Made by a program: the position numbers and the translations under genes. 64,000 bases of DNA from Alphaproteobacteria bacterium (lineage in GTDB: Bacteria > Pseudomonadota > Alphaproteobacteria > GCA-2731375): NCBI GenBank assembly GCA_965232515.1, contig CBDDPY010000002.1:2080001-2144000 (forward strand), given 5' to 3'. Below are positions 1 to 9,640 of the stretch, in pieces; the first letter of the stretch is position 1, and each line of letters starts with the position of its first letter. The notes beneath the pieces are model-generated. The model searched no databases. It was not told the DNA's origin and was given only the letters and a program-made list of their open reading frames with translations.

Positions 1-1
1 G

Positions 2-148
2 CCACCCGACATCCACATCTTCACCTCGACCAAACAGCCCTGGGTCGCGCTCCCCGACGACGTGCCGGCCGTGCCGGAATACTACCAGCGCTCCGCCCAC
101 TGGCCCGCCGAGTGCGTCGCACGCTATAAAGCCGCGACGGCGGACTGA
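2..148 (+). CDS. GFA-family (CENP-V/GFA) protein, C-terminal part truncated by window edge
   Basis: Frame 2 reads PPDIHIFTSTKQPWVALPDDVPAVPEYY...AD*, the typical GFA C-terminal PxxHIFxxxKxPW motif. Confidence 0.75.
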   Translation, partial: PPDIHIFTSTKQPWVALPDDVPAVPEYYQRSAHWPAECVARYKAATAD

Positions 149-163
149 TGCGGCGGCACTGAG

Positions 164-655
164 ATGAATGCTTCGCGCGCGCTTGCGCTGATGGTTCTGT
201 TGCTCGTGGTCGGCGCCTTGCCGTCGGCCGCACAAGACTCGGATGAGGCGGCACGCCTTGAGATCGCTCGGAGCTATATCGAGAGCACGATCGGCAGCAT
301 GGAACTCGAAAAGGTCGCGGCCGTCGGTGTCGAACAGATTCTCGATGCGGTCAAGGCAAGGCAGCCAGCGCTCTATGCCGAGAAGGCAGAAAAGCTGCGC
401 GCGGTCGGACAACCAATCATGATGGACGCCATTCTAGAATCGTTGAACGGTCTGGACCGGACTCTGGCCGCGACGTTCACACTGGAAGAACTGAGAGCGC
501 TGAACGAGTTCATGACATCCGATATCGGCCGCGAAATCATGAGGAAGATGCCGAACTACCTCGCGGCCATACAGCCCGCCATGCAGCGCGGCATCCAAGC
601 ATCCCTACCCCGACTGCTTCAGAGCTTTCGCGCCGAGGGTGTCATTCTGCAATAA
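164..655 (+). CDS. exported DUF2059-domain protein
   Basis: Signal peptide; motif LAATFTLEELRALNEFMTSDIGREIMRKMP matches the DUF2059 pattern. Confidence 0.75.
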   Translation: MNASRALALMVLLLVVGALPSAAQDSDEAARLEIARSYIESTIGSMELEKVAAVGVEQILDAVKARQPALYAEKAEKLRAVGQPIMMDAILESLNGLDRTLAATFTLEELRALNEFMTSDIGREIMRKMPNYLAAIQPAMQRGIQASLPRLLQSFRAEGVILQ

Positions 656-713
656 ACACTGCCGAAGTGAGCCGACTGCCCATCCGACCGACACCGCCCT
701 TACCATCGGCTCC

Positions 714-764
714 TTGACCATCGTGATGTCGATCAATAGAGTTACTTCAAATTTTGAAGTAACT
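714..764 (+). promoter_or_regulatory. sigma70-like promoter with perfect 25-bp operator palindrome (likely HxlR autoregulation)
   Basis: TTGACC(714)-N17-TAGAGT(737); AGTTACTTCAAA-T-TTTGAAGTAACT at 740-764, 4 bp before the HxlR ATG. Confidence 0.75.
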
Positions 765-768
765 GAAC

Positions 769-1248
769 ATGAGCCGCTCAGATCTTGCTGACAAAGTCTG
801 TGGCGTCTCGCGCACCATCGAGATCGTCGGCGATGCGTGGACGTTGATGATCCTGCGCGACATGTTTCTGGGCGCGCGGCGCTTCGACGACCTGCAGCGC
901 CAGACCGGCTGCTCGCCGCACCTGCTGAGCCGGCGCCTGAAGCGCCTGGAGGCCGAGCAGATCGTCGAACGCCGGGCCTATTCCGAGCGGCCGCCGCGCC
1001 ACGAATACCGCCTCACCGAGCGCGGGCGCGATCTCTGGCCGGTGGTCGTCGCGCTCAAGAGCTGGGGCGACCGCTGGCTCGGCGGGTCGGGCGGCGCGCC
1101 GATCGTACTGACGCACCGGGGCTGCGGGCAGGTGACCGAGCCGCGCATGTGTTGTTCCGAATGCGGCGAGCCCATGGATGCGCGCGCCTCCATTCCAAGC
1201 CTGTCGCCGGCCATGGCGCGGGAACGCGACGCCGCCGGCCACAAGTAA
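769..1248 (+). CDS. HxlR-family winged-helix transcriptional regulator
   Basis: CGVSRTIEIVGDAWTLMILRD...RRFDDLQ...YSERPPRHEYRLTERG, C-terminal H-x2-C/C-x2-C extension. Confidence 0.93.
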   Translation: MSRSDLADKVCGVSRTIEIVGDAWTLMILRDMFLGARRFDDLQRQTGCSPHLLSRRLKRLEAEQIVERRAYSERPPRHEYRLTERGRDLWPVVVALKSWGDRWLGGSGGAPIVLTHRGCGQVTEPRMCCSECGEPMDARASIPSLSPAMARERDAAGHK

Positions 1249-1296
1249 CACCTGGGCCGGCATTCGCCGCGCCCGTCAACGGGAGAGATCATCCTC

Positions 1297-2292
1297 ATGA
1301 AAACGCGTATCACCGAGATGTTCGGCATCGAGCATCCGATCATCCAGGGCGGCATGCATTACGTCGGCTTCGCCGAGCTCGCCGCCGCGGTCTCGAACGC
1401 GGGCGGGCTCGGCATCATCACCGGCCTCACGCAGAAGAGCGCGCCCGACCTCGCGAACGAGATCGCCAAGTGCCGCGACATGACCGACAAGCCGTTCGGC
1501 GTGAACCTGACCTTCCTGCCGACGCTGAACCCGCCGGACTACCCGGCCTACATCAAGGCCATCGTCGACGGCGGCGTGAAGATCGTCGAGACCGCCGGCC
1601 GCAATCCCGAGCCTTATCTGCCGTACCTGAAAGACGCCGGCATCAAGGTCATCCACAAATGCACGTCCGTGCGCCATTCGCTCAAAGCCGAGGCCATCGG
1701 CTGCGACGCGGTCTCGGTCGACGGCTTCGAGTGCGGCGGCCATCCGGGCGAGGACGACATCCCCAACATGATCCTGCTGCCGCGCGCGGCCGACGAGTTG
1801 AAGATCCCGTTCGTTTCGTCCGGCGGCATGGCCGACGCCCGCAGCCTCGTCGCCTCGCTCGCCATGGGCGCCGACGGCATGAACATGGGCACCCGTTTCA
1901 TCGCCACGGCCGAGGCGCCGGTGCATGAGAAGGTCAAGCAGGCCATCGTCGCCGCGAGCGAGCTCGACACGCGTCTCGTCATGCGCCCCTTGCGCAACAC
2001 CGAGCGCGTGCTCAACAACGCCGCCGTCGAGCGTCTGCTCGAAAAGGAGGCGGCGCTCGGCAAGGACCTCAAGTTCGAGGACATCATCGAGGAGGTCGCC
2101 GGCGTCTATCCCCGCATCATGCTCGACGGCGACATGGACGCCGGCGCCTGGTCCTGCGGCATGGTCGCCGGCCTGATCCACGACATCCCCACCTGCAAGG
2201 AACTGATCGACCGCATCATGAGCGAGGCCGACGCCCTCATCCGCGACCGCCTCGAATCCCTCCGCGCCGGCACCGCCGCCGCGGCGGCGTGA
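1297..2292 (+). CDS. nitronate monooxygenase / FabK-like flavin oxidoreductase
   Basis: PIIQGGM, AVSNAGGLG, DGFECGGH, GGMAD, NMGTRF motifs. Confidence 0.92.
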   Translation: MKTRITEMFGIEHPIIQGGMHYVGFAELAAAVSNAGGLGIITGLTQKSAPDLANEIAKCRDMTDKPFGVNLTFLPTLNPPDYPAYIKAIVDGGVKIVETAGRNPEPYLPYLKDAGIKVIHKCTSVRHSLKAEAIGCDAVSVDGFECGGHPGEDDIPNMILLPRAADELKIPFVSSGGMADARSLVASLAMGADGMNMGTRFIATAEAPVHEKVKQAIVAASELDTRLVMRPLRNTERVLNNAAVERLLEKEAALGKDLKFEDIIEEVAGVYPRIMLDGDMDAGAWSCGMVAGLIHDIPTCKELIDRIMSEADALIRDRLESLRAGTAAAAA

Positions 2293-2317
2293 GGAAAAGG
2301 AGCGCCGTCGGCACACA

Positions 2318-2394
2318 GCCCTCACCCCAACCCTCTCCCGCAAGCGGGAGAGGGAGGGACCCGCGCGCTGCTAAGCGCGTGGGAGGGTGAGGGC
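2318..2394. repeat. palindromic REP-like element (CCCTCACCC...CCCTCTCCC class)
   Basis: Outer IR GCCCTCACCC/GGGTGAGGGC enclosing hairpin CCCTCTCCCGC-AA-GCGGGAGAGGG; lies between convergent genes. Confidence 0.8.
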
Positions 2395-2452
2395 CGGACT
2401 CCAGGCTGGTGGTTGTGGCGATGGCCATGCAGTTAGCGCCTTCCACTTCCCG

Positions 2453-3283
2453 CTAATCCTTGAAATCAGACCCGGCGTCGTCCGCCCATTCCCGCAGCAG
2501 GTCGGCCGTGCCTTCGTCGCTCGGGAAGAAGGTTTCGATGCGGATCTCCTGGGCGGTGACGTCCTGGGGCGTGCCTAGGGTGGTGATGGCGGTGAAGAAC
2601 TTCAGCGACACGCCGTCCTTGACGAAGTCCATGGACAGCACCGGCTCCTGCGCCGCCTCGATCGCCGGGATCTCCGTGGGCTTTGGCACGTCGGGATAGC
2701 TTAGCAGCCGCCGCAGCAGGGCCGCCGTCTCCGCCGAGCCGTCGGCCTGCGCGTCCGCCTGCACGACACGAACGAAGGACCGGGCGACCTCGGACCAGTT
2801 GACAATCAGCGGCCGCAGGCCGTCCGGCGCCAGCAGCATGTCGGCGAGATTGACCGGCGCCGCCGGATCCGGCGGCCGCGGCGGCGTATCGGTCAGGAAG
2901 CCCGTCACCCGCTGCGAGGCCAGGTTCTGCCGCAACAGGTTCCAGCGCCGGTCGATCACCACGGTCGGCACCGGCTCCTGCTGCGCCAACAGATGGTCGA
3001 GCGCCCGCGTCACCGTCGCCAGCTCCGGGCCGTCCAGCGCGCTCTCGCGCCAGATCGGCGCGAAGCCGGCCGCCAGCAGCAGCACGTTCTGCTGCCGGAG
3101 CGGCAGGTCCAGCGCGTCGGCCAGCCGCACCACCATCTCGCGGCTCGGCCGCGTCCGGTCGATCTCCAGAAAGCTGACATGCCGCTGCGAGACCTCGGCC
3201 CTGAGCGCCAGATCGAGCTGCGACAGCTTGCGATGGTTCCGCCACCACCGCAGTTGCTCGGCGAAGTCGCCGCGTTCCGTCAT
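2453..3283 (-). CDS. XRE-family HTH regulator with MmyB-like C-terminal domain
   Basis: LRWWRNHRKLSQLDLALRAEVSQRHVSFLE; TTLGTPQDVTAQEIRIETFFP; start chosen at MTERG. Confidence 0.9.
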   Translation of the reverse strand: MTERGDFAEQLRWWRNHRKLSQLDLALRAEVSQRHVSFLEIDRTRPSREMVVRLADALDLPLRQQNVLLLAAGFAPIWRESALDGPELATVTRALDHLLAQQEPVPTVVIDRRWNLLRQNLASQRVTGFLTDTPPRPPDPAAPVNLADMLLAPDGLRPLIVNWSEVARSFVRVVQADAQADGSAETAALLRRLLSYPDVPKPTEIPAIEAAQEPVLSMDFVKDGVSLKFFTAITTLGTPQDVTAQEIRIETFFPSDEGTADLLREWADDAGSDFKD

Positions 3284-3362
3284 AACGACCTGCCAGGTAG
3301 TTGCCGTCATTCCCTCCCTCGACACTATCAGAGGCCGGTTCACAGGGCATGGAGTAGTGCAC

Positions 3363-4241
3363 ATGGGGGAATGGCTGGGCGTTATCCTGGCGGTGCTGTC
3401 CAGCGCGGTCGGTGGCTCGGCGGCGGCGGTGACGCGCTATCTCGTCGGCGGCGCCGATCCGTTCGCGCTCGGCATCATCCGCTTCGGCCTCGGCTTCCTC
3501 TGCGTGCTGCCGGTGGCGCTCGTGATGCGCGCGCGCTGGCCGTCGCGCCGCGACTGGCCCGGCGTCGTCGGCCTCGGCCTGCTGTTCTACGGCTTCGCCA
3601 TGATCGTCTACAACATCGCCATCGGCTACACGACGGCGGCGCGCGCCTCGCTCGCGCTCTCGACCCTGCCGCTGCAGACCATGCTCGTCGGCGCGCTGCT
3701 CGGCATCGAGCCGCTGACCCGGCGCAAGACGACAGGCGTCGTCGTCGCCATGGGCGGCGTCGCCGCCGCGCTGTCCACCGGTCTGGCGCACGCGCCGCAC
3801 GGCGCCTGGCGGGGCGAGCTGCTGATGCTCGGCACCGCGCTCTGCATGGCCTTCTACAACGTCTGGTCGCGCCCCTTCATCGAGCGCTCGAGCGCCTTCG
3901 GCTTCCTCGCCGTCGGCATGGGCGCGGGCGCTGTCGCCCTGGTCGCCGCCGGCGCCGTCGCCGGCTCTCTCAGCGAGCTGCCCGCCATTATCGCCCGAGA
4001 CTGGTTCGCGACGCTTTATCTCGGCATGGGCGGCGGCGCCGTCGCCTTCATCCTTTGGATCCTGGCCTTGCAGCGCACCAGCCCGACCCGCGTCGCCATC
4101 ACCATGACCGTCAACCCGCTGGCCGCCGCCCTGCTCGCCGCCGCGCTGGTCGCCGAGCCCGTCACCCTCAATTTCCTCGCCGGCCTCGCCGTCGTCGGCC
4201 TCGGCATCTGGCTCGCCGCGACGACAAAATCGAACTCATAA
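3363..4241 (+). CDS. DMT/EamA-family transporter
   Basis: About 10 hydrophobic segments with duplicated EamA pattern; divergent from the XRE regulator. Confidence 0.88.
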   Translation: MGEWLGVILAVLSSAVGGSAAAVTRYLVGGADPFALGIIRFGLGFLCVLPVALVMRARWPSRRDWPGVVGLGLLFYGFAMIVYNIAIGYTTAARASLALSTLPLQTMLVGALLGIEPLTRRKTTGVVVAMGGVAAALSTGLAHAPHGAWRGELLMLGTALCMAFYNVWSRPFIERSSAFGFLAVGMGAGAVALVAAGAVAGSLSELPAIIARDWFATLYLGMGGGAVAFILWILALQRTSPTRVAITMTVNPLAAALLAAALVAEPVTLNFLAGLAVVGLGIWLAATTKSNS

Positions 4242-4256
4242 GTTGACACCGTCAAC
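4242..4256. promoter_or_regulatory. operator-like palindrome
   Basis: GTTGAC-ACC-GTCAAC, 9 bp upstream of the CDS at 4266. Confidence 0.5.
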
Positions 4257-4265
4257 CTTTGACCT

Positions 4266-4646
4266 ATGTCCTGGATGACGCCAACCGGGACGAGGCCGCC
4301 CGTGCCCCAGGACCAGATCTACGTCTCCATCACCGGCCTGCGCCTGAACGGCCCCTGGCACATGCCGACATTCTGGTGGCACGCGATGCGCGCCATGACT
4401 CAGGCGCGCCAGGCCGATGGCAACCTCTATGCCGACGCGCGCAGCATCGACGGCGTGCACCACACGCTCAGCCTCTGGCGCGACCGCGCCGCCATGCAGG
4501 CCTACCTCACCTCGGGCCCGCACCGCCGGGCCATGCGGATCTACCCGCGCATCGCCATCGGCAAGGTCGTCGGCTACACGGCAGAGCGCGCGCCCGACTG
4601 GTCCGAGGTGCATGAGATCTGGCAAACCCGCGGCCGCGAAGTCTGA
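4266..4646 (+). CDS. DUF3291/ABM-like dimeric alpha-beta barrel protein
   Basis: HHTLSLWRDRAAMQAYLTSGPHRRAM resembles the ABM/CrtA-like motif. Confidence 0.65.
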   Translation: MSWMTPTGTRPPVPQDQIYVSITGLRLNGPWHMPTFWWHAMRAMTQARQADGNLYADARSIDGVHHTLSLWRDRAAMQAYLTSGPHRRAMRIYPRIAIGKVVGYTAERAPDWSEVHEIWQTRGREV

Positions 4647-4654
4647 GCCCGGCC

Positions 4655-5335
4655 ATGCCGTTCTCACCCATCTCCGAAGCCGTCGTGCTGTTCTCCGTGC
4701 CGGCTGTGTTCTGGCACATGCTGATGATCCAGACCGCCGCCAGGGTCTCGATCCGCCAGCTCGTCACCGTGGGCGCCATCATGCTGGTTTGGACGGCCTA
4801 TGCCTACAGCGCCGTCCGCTACGGTCTCGACACCGTCATCTTCGGCGACCTGCCGGCCGGGCCGCTGCTTTATGTCACGCTCGCCGCCGTGCTTACCTGG
4901 CTGTTTCGCCGACAATTGCTGGGCGACGGCGTGCCGCAGCAGCTGCTGATCGCGCTGCAGCTCTTCCGTCCCATCGGCATGGTCTTCGTGCTCGAGAACT
5001 GGCGCGGCACGCTGCCGGCCGTCTTCGCGCAGCCCGCCGGCTGGGGCGATCTCGTCGCCGGCCTCGTCGCGCTGGCCGTGCTGATCCGCTATCCCACCGG
5101 ACCGATGCCGGCGCGCGCCGTGATCCTGGTGGCCGTCGTCGGCCTGACCGACTTCGCCTCGGCCTTTTTCTTCGGCTTTACCAGCTCGGCGACGCCGGTC
5201 CAGCTCTTTGCCTTCGATAATCCGAACCGGGTGAACGAATACCCGCTCGGCCTGATCCCGGTGTTCCTGGTGCCGTATGCGATCATGGCGCACCTGCTGT
5301 CGCTCGCGCAGCTGCAACATCGGCGGGGCCGCTGA
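4655..5335 (+). CDS. conserved integral membrane protein
   Basis: About 6 TM segments; LQLFRPIG, FAQPAGWGD, PLGLIPVFLVP motifs. Confidence 0.7.
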   Translation: MPFSPISEAVVLFSVPAVFWHMLMIQTAARVSIRQLVTVGAIMLVWTAYAYSAVRYGLDTVIFGDLPAGPLLYVTLAAVLTWLFRRQLLGDGVPQQLLIALQLFRPIGMVFVLENWRGTLPAVFAQPAGWGDLVAGLVALAVLIRYPTGPMPARAVILVAVVGLTDFASAFFFGFTSSATPVQLFAFDNPNRVNEYPLGLIPVFLVPYAIMAHLLSLAQLQHRRGR

Positions 5336-6417
5336 TGCGCGCGCGGCGCGTCGGCATCGCGGTACTCACGACGACCGCGCTCCTGGCCTTCGGAACCCAG
5401 CTCTTCGGCTGCGCGTCTCCGCCGCGCTATGCGATCAGCGACCACTACGACGGCGAGCGGTTCTTCAACGCCCGGCCGGTCCAGGACCTCAACGTCCTGC
5501 AGCTCGCCCATCACATCGCCTTCGGGCGCAACGGCGACTGGCCCGACGGCCTGGTCGCCAACGACCCCGCGCCGCGCCTCGACCTGCCGCTCGCCGAACG
5601 CCAGGCGGCCGTCACCTTCGTCAATCATTCGACCGTGCTCATCCAGCTCGCCGGCATCAACATCCTGACCGATCCGGCCTGGTCGGACCGCGTCGGCCCC
5701 TGGTCCTGGGCCGGCCCCAAGCGGGCCCGGCCGCCCGGTATCCCCTTCGACGCGCTGCCGCCCATCGACGTCGTGCTGATCAGCCACAACCACTACGACC
5801 ATCTCGACCTGCCGACGCTGCGGCGGCTGCACGAACGCGACCGGCCGCGCATGTTCGTGCCGCTCGGCGATCGGGACTTGCTGTTGGCGAACGGCATCGA
5901 CCGCGTCGACGAGCTGGACTGGTGGCAAGGCGTGACGCTCGACGGCGGACTGGAGATCGTCTTCGCGCCCGCGCAGCACAATTCCGGCCGCTCGCCCTTC
6001 ACCGCCGCCCGGAGCCTGTGGGGCAGCTACCTCCTGCGCCGCGACGGCGTGTCGATCTACTTCGCCGGCGACACCGCCTACGAAGCGCACTTCCGCGCGA
6101 TCCGCGAGCGCTTCGGCCCGGTCGATCTCGCCTTCCTGCCCATCGGCGGCTACGCGCCCCGCGAACGCCACCGCGCCTTCCACCTGGACCCCGCCGACGC
6201 CGTACAGGCGCAGAAGGACCTCGGCGCGAAAGCCGCCGTCGCCATTCACTTCGGCACATTTCAGCTCACCGGCGAAGACTTCGACCAACCCGTCGCCGAT
6301 CTGCGTGCGGCGCTGTCAGGCACCGCCGGCCTGCCCGGCCCGTTTCTCGTCCTGCCGGAAGGCCGAACGCGCCTGTTCGCGTTTCCCGAACGCGCCGTGC
6401 GCCAGGCCGCGGACTAA
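5335..6417 (+). CDS. MBL-fold metallo-hydrolase (NAPE-PLD/RomA-like), probable lipoprotein
   Basis: LTDP, SHNHYDHLD, PAQH, FAGDT, LPIGGY, IHFGTF; lipobox-like LFGC. Confidence 0.9.
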   Translation: MRARRVGIAVLTTTALLAFGTQLFGCASPPRYAISDHYDGERFFNARPVQDLNVLQLAHHIAFGRNGDWPDGLVANDPAPRLDLPLAERQAAVTFVNHSTVLIQLAGINILTDPAWSDRVGPWSWAGPKRARPPGIPFDALPPIDVVLISHNHYDHLDLPTLRRLHERDRPRMFVPLGDRDLLLANGIDRVDELDWWQGVTLDGGLEIVFAPAQHNSGRSPFTAARSLWGSYLLRRDGVSIYFAGDTAYEAHFRAIRERFGPVDLAFLPIGGYAPRERHRAFHLDPADAVQAQKDLGAKAAVAIHFGTFQLTGEDFDQPVADLRAALSGTAGLPGPFLVLPEGRTRLFAFPERAVRQAAD

Positions 6418-7238
6418 TCCCAGTCCGGCGCGACGCCGGCCGGGTTGACGAGGCGCTGATTGTGCGACGTCAGCGCGCCGATAGCGGCGGCGTCCGCGTC
6501 GCTAAGCGCGATCTCCAGGGCGGCGAGGTTGCTGTCGAGTCGTTCCGGCTTCGAGGACCGCGGAATGGCGATCACGCCGTCCTGCCGCACGAGCCAGGCG
6601 AGCGCGATCTGCGCCGGGCTGGCGTCGTGCCTGTCGGCGATCTCCCGCACCACGGCATGCTCGGCCACCGCGTTGCGCGCAATCGGGCAATAGGCCGTGA
6701 CCGCGATGCCGTGCCGGGCGCAGGCCGCCAGCACCGCGTCCTGCCCCAGCAGCGGGTGGTACTCGACCTGATTGCAGGCGATGGGTTCGTCGGCCAGCGC
6801 CACCGCTTCCGCGATCAGCGCCGTGGTGAAGTTCGAAATGCCGATATGCTTCGTCAGGCCGTCCCGCTTCGCCTTCACCAGCGCGGCCATGGTCTCGGCC
6901 AGCGGCACCTCGCGCGACGGCCAGTGCAGCAGCAGCAGATCGACCGGTCCGCAATCCAGCAGCCGCAACCGCTCCTCGGCCGCGCGCGCGAAGTCGTCGG
7001 CGCGAAAATTGTCCGGCCAGACCTTGGTGGTCAGAAAGAACGCGTCGCGCGCCACGCCGGATGCGGCGATGCCCTGCCCCACCTCGCGCTCGTTCGCGTA
7101 CATCTGCGCCGTATCGATATGCCGGTAGCCGTGCGTCAGCGCATGCGCCACCAGTTCGGCGCAGGCCGCGCCCCGCAGATCCCAGGTCCCCAGCCCCAGC
7201 GCCGGAATCCGCGCGCCGTTCGCTTCGACAATCTTCAT
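6414..7238 (-). CDS. aldo/keto reductase
   Basis: GLGTW, GYRHIDTAQMY, TTKVW, LLHWP, IGISNF, NQVEYHP. Confidence 0.95.
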   Translation of the reverse strand: MKIVEANGARIPALGLGTWDLRGAACAELVAHALTHGYRHIDTAQMYANEREVGQGIAASGVARDAFFLTTKVWPDNFRADDFARAAEERLRLLDCGPVDLLLLHWPSREVPLAETMAALVKAKRDGLTKHIGISNFTTALIAEAVALADEPIACNQVEYHPLLGQDAVLAACARHGIAVTAYCPIARNAVAEHAVVREIADRHDASPAQIALAWLVRQDGVIAIPRSSKPERLDSNLAALEIALSDADAAAIGALTSHNQRLVNPAGVAPDWD

Positions 7239-7326
7239 GCCCTTCAACCCCTCCAACCGTCCGCACCTGCACGATAGGCCGCATACGTTACCTGCTCGCG
7301 GTCGCCGTCGCGAATGTCAAATGCGG

Positions 7327-8262
7327 CTAGGCGACGGCCTGCAGCTGGGCGTTGGTCGCCAGCAGGGTCTGCGCGACATCGGCCAGTTCGGCTTTCGAGT
7401 CGCCGGCCACGACGTCGCTCAGCATCGGCGTCAGCGGGCCGGTGTCGGCGATCCCGGCGAGATCGACGGCGCGGTGCAGCACGCAGAGCGGGCTGCGCGC
7501 GTCGCGGATGTCTTCCAGCGGCAGGAAGGCCTCCCGCAGGCGCGCCGCCGGCTCGATATCGCCGGCCTGCAGCGCGCGCAGGATCTGGGTCGCGGCGAAG
7601 GGCGCGACGCAGACCGAGCCCGACGTGAATGATCGCAGGCCGAACTCAGTCCAATGCACGATCACCGGGCGTTCGCCGATGCCGCTGATGATGCGGTCCG
7701 TGTCGACCAGCCGGCATAGTTCTTCCAGGTAGGGATCGTCCGCCGGATCGTCCCGCACGCGGGCGTATTTGATGGCGCAAACGTCGCCGTCGTCGACCAG
7801 GCGCGCGATCTGATCCGGCGCCAGATAGCCGTCGAACTTGACGTAGGCGATGGCCGGCTTGCCCAGCGCATCGACGAAGCGGCGAATGCCGTCTTCCACG
7901 CCCGCCGGCGACGCCGGGAACTGCAGCGGCAGCACCATCGCGGTCGGAAACTCGTATCGGCGCAGGATATAGGCCTGGTCCATCAGCTTGCCGTAATCGG
8001 CGCCGCAGGATGGAATGATCCACGTCGCCGCGTCGGCCAGTTCGATCAGCATGTCCAGGATCGCCGGGAACTCGCCGACCCCGACATTGTAGAAATTCGC
8101 GTTGCCGCCATACATCAGCGTGGTGACCTCGCCCGCTTCCAGATGGCGGATCAGGCGCGCGTTCGCCGAAACGTTCAGCGACAGGTCGTCGTTGCGGCAG
8201 AGCGGCGGCACCGACAGGACGGACCGCTGCAGATCCTCGACGCGGAACGGAGATGTCTTCAT
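7327..8262 (-). CDS. dihydrodipicolinate synthase-family lyase/aldolase
   Basis: VLSVPP, YGGNANFY, Schiff-base Lys in AIKYA; divergent from the TRAP operon. Confidence 0.8.
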   Translation of the reverse strand: MKTSPFRVEDLQRSVLSVPPLCRNDDLSLNVSANARLIRHLEAGEVTTLMYGGNANFYNVGVGEFPAILDMLIELADAATWIIPSCGADYGKLMDQAYILRRYEFPTAMVLPLQFPASPAGVEDGIRRFVDALGKPAIAYVKFDGYLAPDQIARLVDDGDVCAIKYARVRDDPADDPYLEELCRLVDTDRIISGIGERPVIVHWTEFGLRSFTSGSVCVAPFAATQILRALQAGDIEPAARLREAFLPLEDIRDARSPLCVLHRAVDLAGIADTGPLTPMLSDVVAGDSKAELADVAQTLLATNAQLQAVA

Positions 8263-8286
8263 GTTGGCCTCCCGGCGCCACACCCA

Positions 8287-8489
8287 AGTTGTCAGACAAC
8301 TGACCTTGCATGGCCTGGAGCTGTATTACAAGTTGAATCGTACGGACACCGCCCGATCCGCCTCGTCGCTTGGCGTCTCCAGCATGACGGCCGCCCAACG
8401 ACGGAAAAACCGACCGGCCAGCCTGGCCCGGCGAACGGGCGACGAATGGCGTTGACATTCCGGACGGAATTTATCAATTTGTCTTACAA
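8287..8489. promoter_or_regulatory. three GntR/FadR-type operator boxes in the divergent promoter region
   Basis: AGTTGTCAGACAACT (8287-8301), CTGTATTACAA (8321-8331), TTGTCTTACAA (8479-8489) share TGT-N3-ACAA; TTGACA at 8452. Confidence 0.65.
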
Positions 8490-8580
8490 GTAGCGGCCGC
8501 AGAAGAAAGCCGCACGCAGGCGCGATAAACCGAACACCATCACCCGCATGCAGACGCATGCCGCAACAGGGAGCGAAACG

Positions 8581-9570
8581 ATGACACCCATCAAGAAACT
8601 GGGCGCCGCCACGGCCGCAATCGCCCTTCTCTCCAGCATCGCCATGACCGCCGCCGCGGCGACCGAGTGGCGCGGCTGGAACATCCACAAGCCCGGCTAT
8701 CCGAACACGGTGGCGATGGACAAGTTCGCCGAGCTCCTGGAACAGAAGTCCGGCGGCGAGATCACGCTGAAGATGTTCCATTCGGGCACGCTCGGCACCC
8801 AGCCCGACGCCATCGAGCAGGTGCGCATCGGCGGGCTCGAGATCGGCAACTTCAATCTCGGCCCGATCGGTCCGGTCGCGCCCGAGGCCAACGTCGTCTC
8901 CCTGCCCTTCATCTTCAAGGACATGGGCCATATGCACCGCGCGCTCGACGGCAAGGCCGGCGACATGATCAGCGACGGCATGGCCAAGAAGGGCCTGATC
9001 GCGCTGGCCTGGTACGATTCCGGCGCGCGCTCGTTCTATAACTCGAAAAAGCCGATCATGAAGCCGGCCGACGTCGCCGGCATGAAGGTGCGGGTCATGA
9101 ACAACGACCTCTATTCCGGCATGATCGCGGCGCTCGGCGGCAATCCGTCGCCGATGGCGTTCTCGGAAGTCTATCAGTCGCTGAAGACGGGCGTCGTCGA
9201 CGGGGCCGAGAACAACTGGCCGTCCTACGAATCGACCGGCCACTTCGAGGTCGCCGGCTACTATTCGCTGTCGCAGCATCTGATCATCCCGGAATGCGTC
9301 TGCGTCAACGCCAACGTCTACAACGCGCTCTCGGCCGACCAGCAGAAGATGGTCAAGGACGCGGCCCGCGAGTCCGCCGAGCTGCAGCGCCAGCTCTGGG
9401 CCGAACGCGCCGAGTCCAGCCGCGAAAAGGTCATGGCCGCCGGCGTCCAGTTCAACGACATCCCGGACAAGAGCGCCTTCCAGGACGCGATGCAGCCGGT
9501 CTACGACAACTACCTCTCGGCCAATCCGGACCTGAAGCCGCTGGTCGAATTGATCAAGAACACAGATTGA
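8581..9570 (+). CDS. dctP: TRAP transporter substrate-binding protein
   Basis: Signal peptide; GMKVRV, PMAFSEVYQSLKTGVVDGAEN. Confidence 0.95.
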   Translation: MTPIKKLGAATAAIALLSSIAMTAAAATEWRGWNIHKPGYPNTVAMDKFAELLEQKSGGEITLKMFHSGTLGTQPDAIEQVRIGGLEIGNFNLGPIGPVAPEANVVSLPFIFKDMGHMHRALDGKAGDMISDGMAKKGLIALAWYDSGARSFYNSKKPIMKPADVAGMKVRVMNNDLYSGMIAALGGNPSPMAFSEVYQSLKTGVVDGAENNWPSYESTGHFEVAGYYSLSQHLIIPECVCVNANVYNALSADQQKMVKDAARESAELQRQLWAERAESSREKVMAAGVQFNDIPDKSAFQDAMQPVYDNYLSANPDLKPLVELIKNTD

Positions 9571-9640
9571 TCGCCATGCGTCGCGACCGCCGGCCGGCCT
9601 TCGCCGTGCCGGCCGGTGGTCCCGGCGCCCGGATCGCCTG

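Noticed and set aside
5277-7277. Long Arg/Pro/Ala-rich or antisense ORFs (also 9554-11497, 9616-11475, 14587-16221, 32689-34920, 57669-59150)
   Set aside because: Shadow frames of high-GC genes, overlapping well-supported CDSs and lacking motifs
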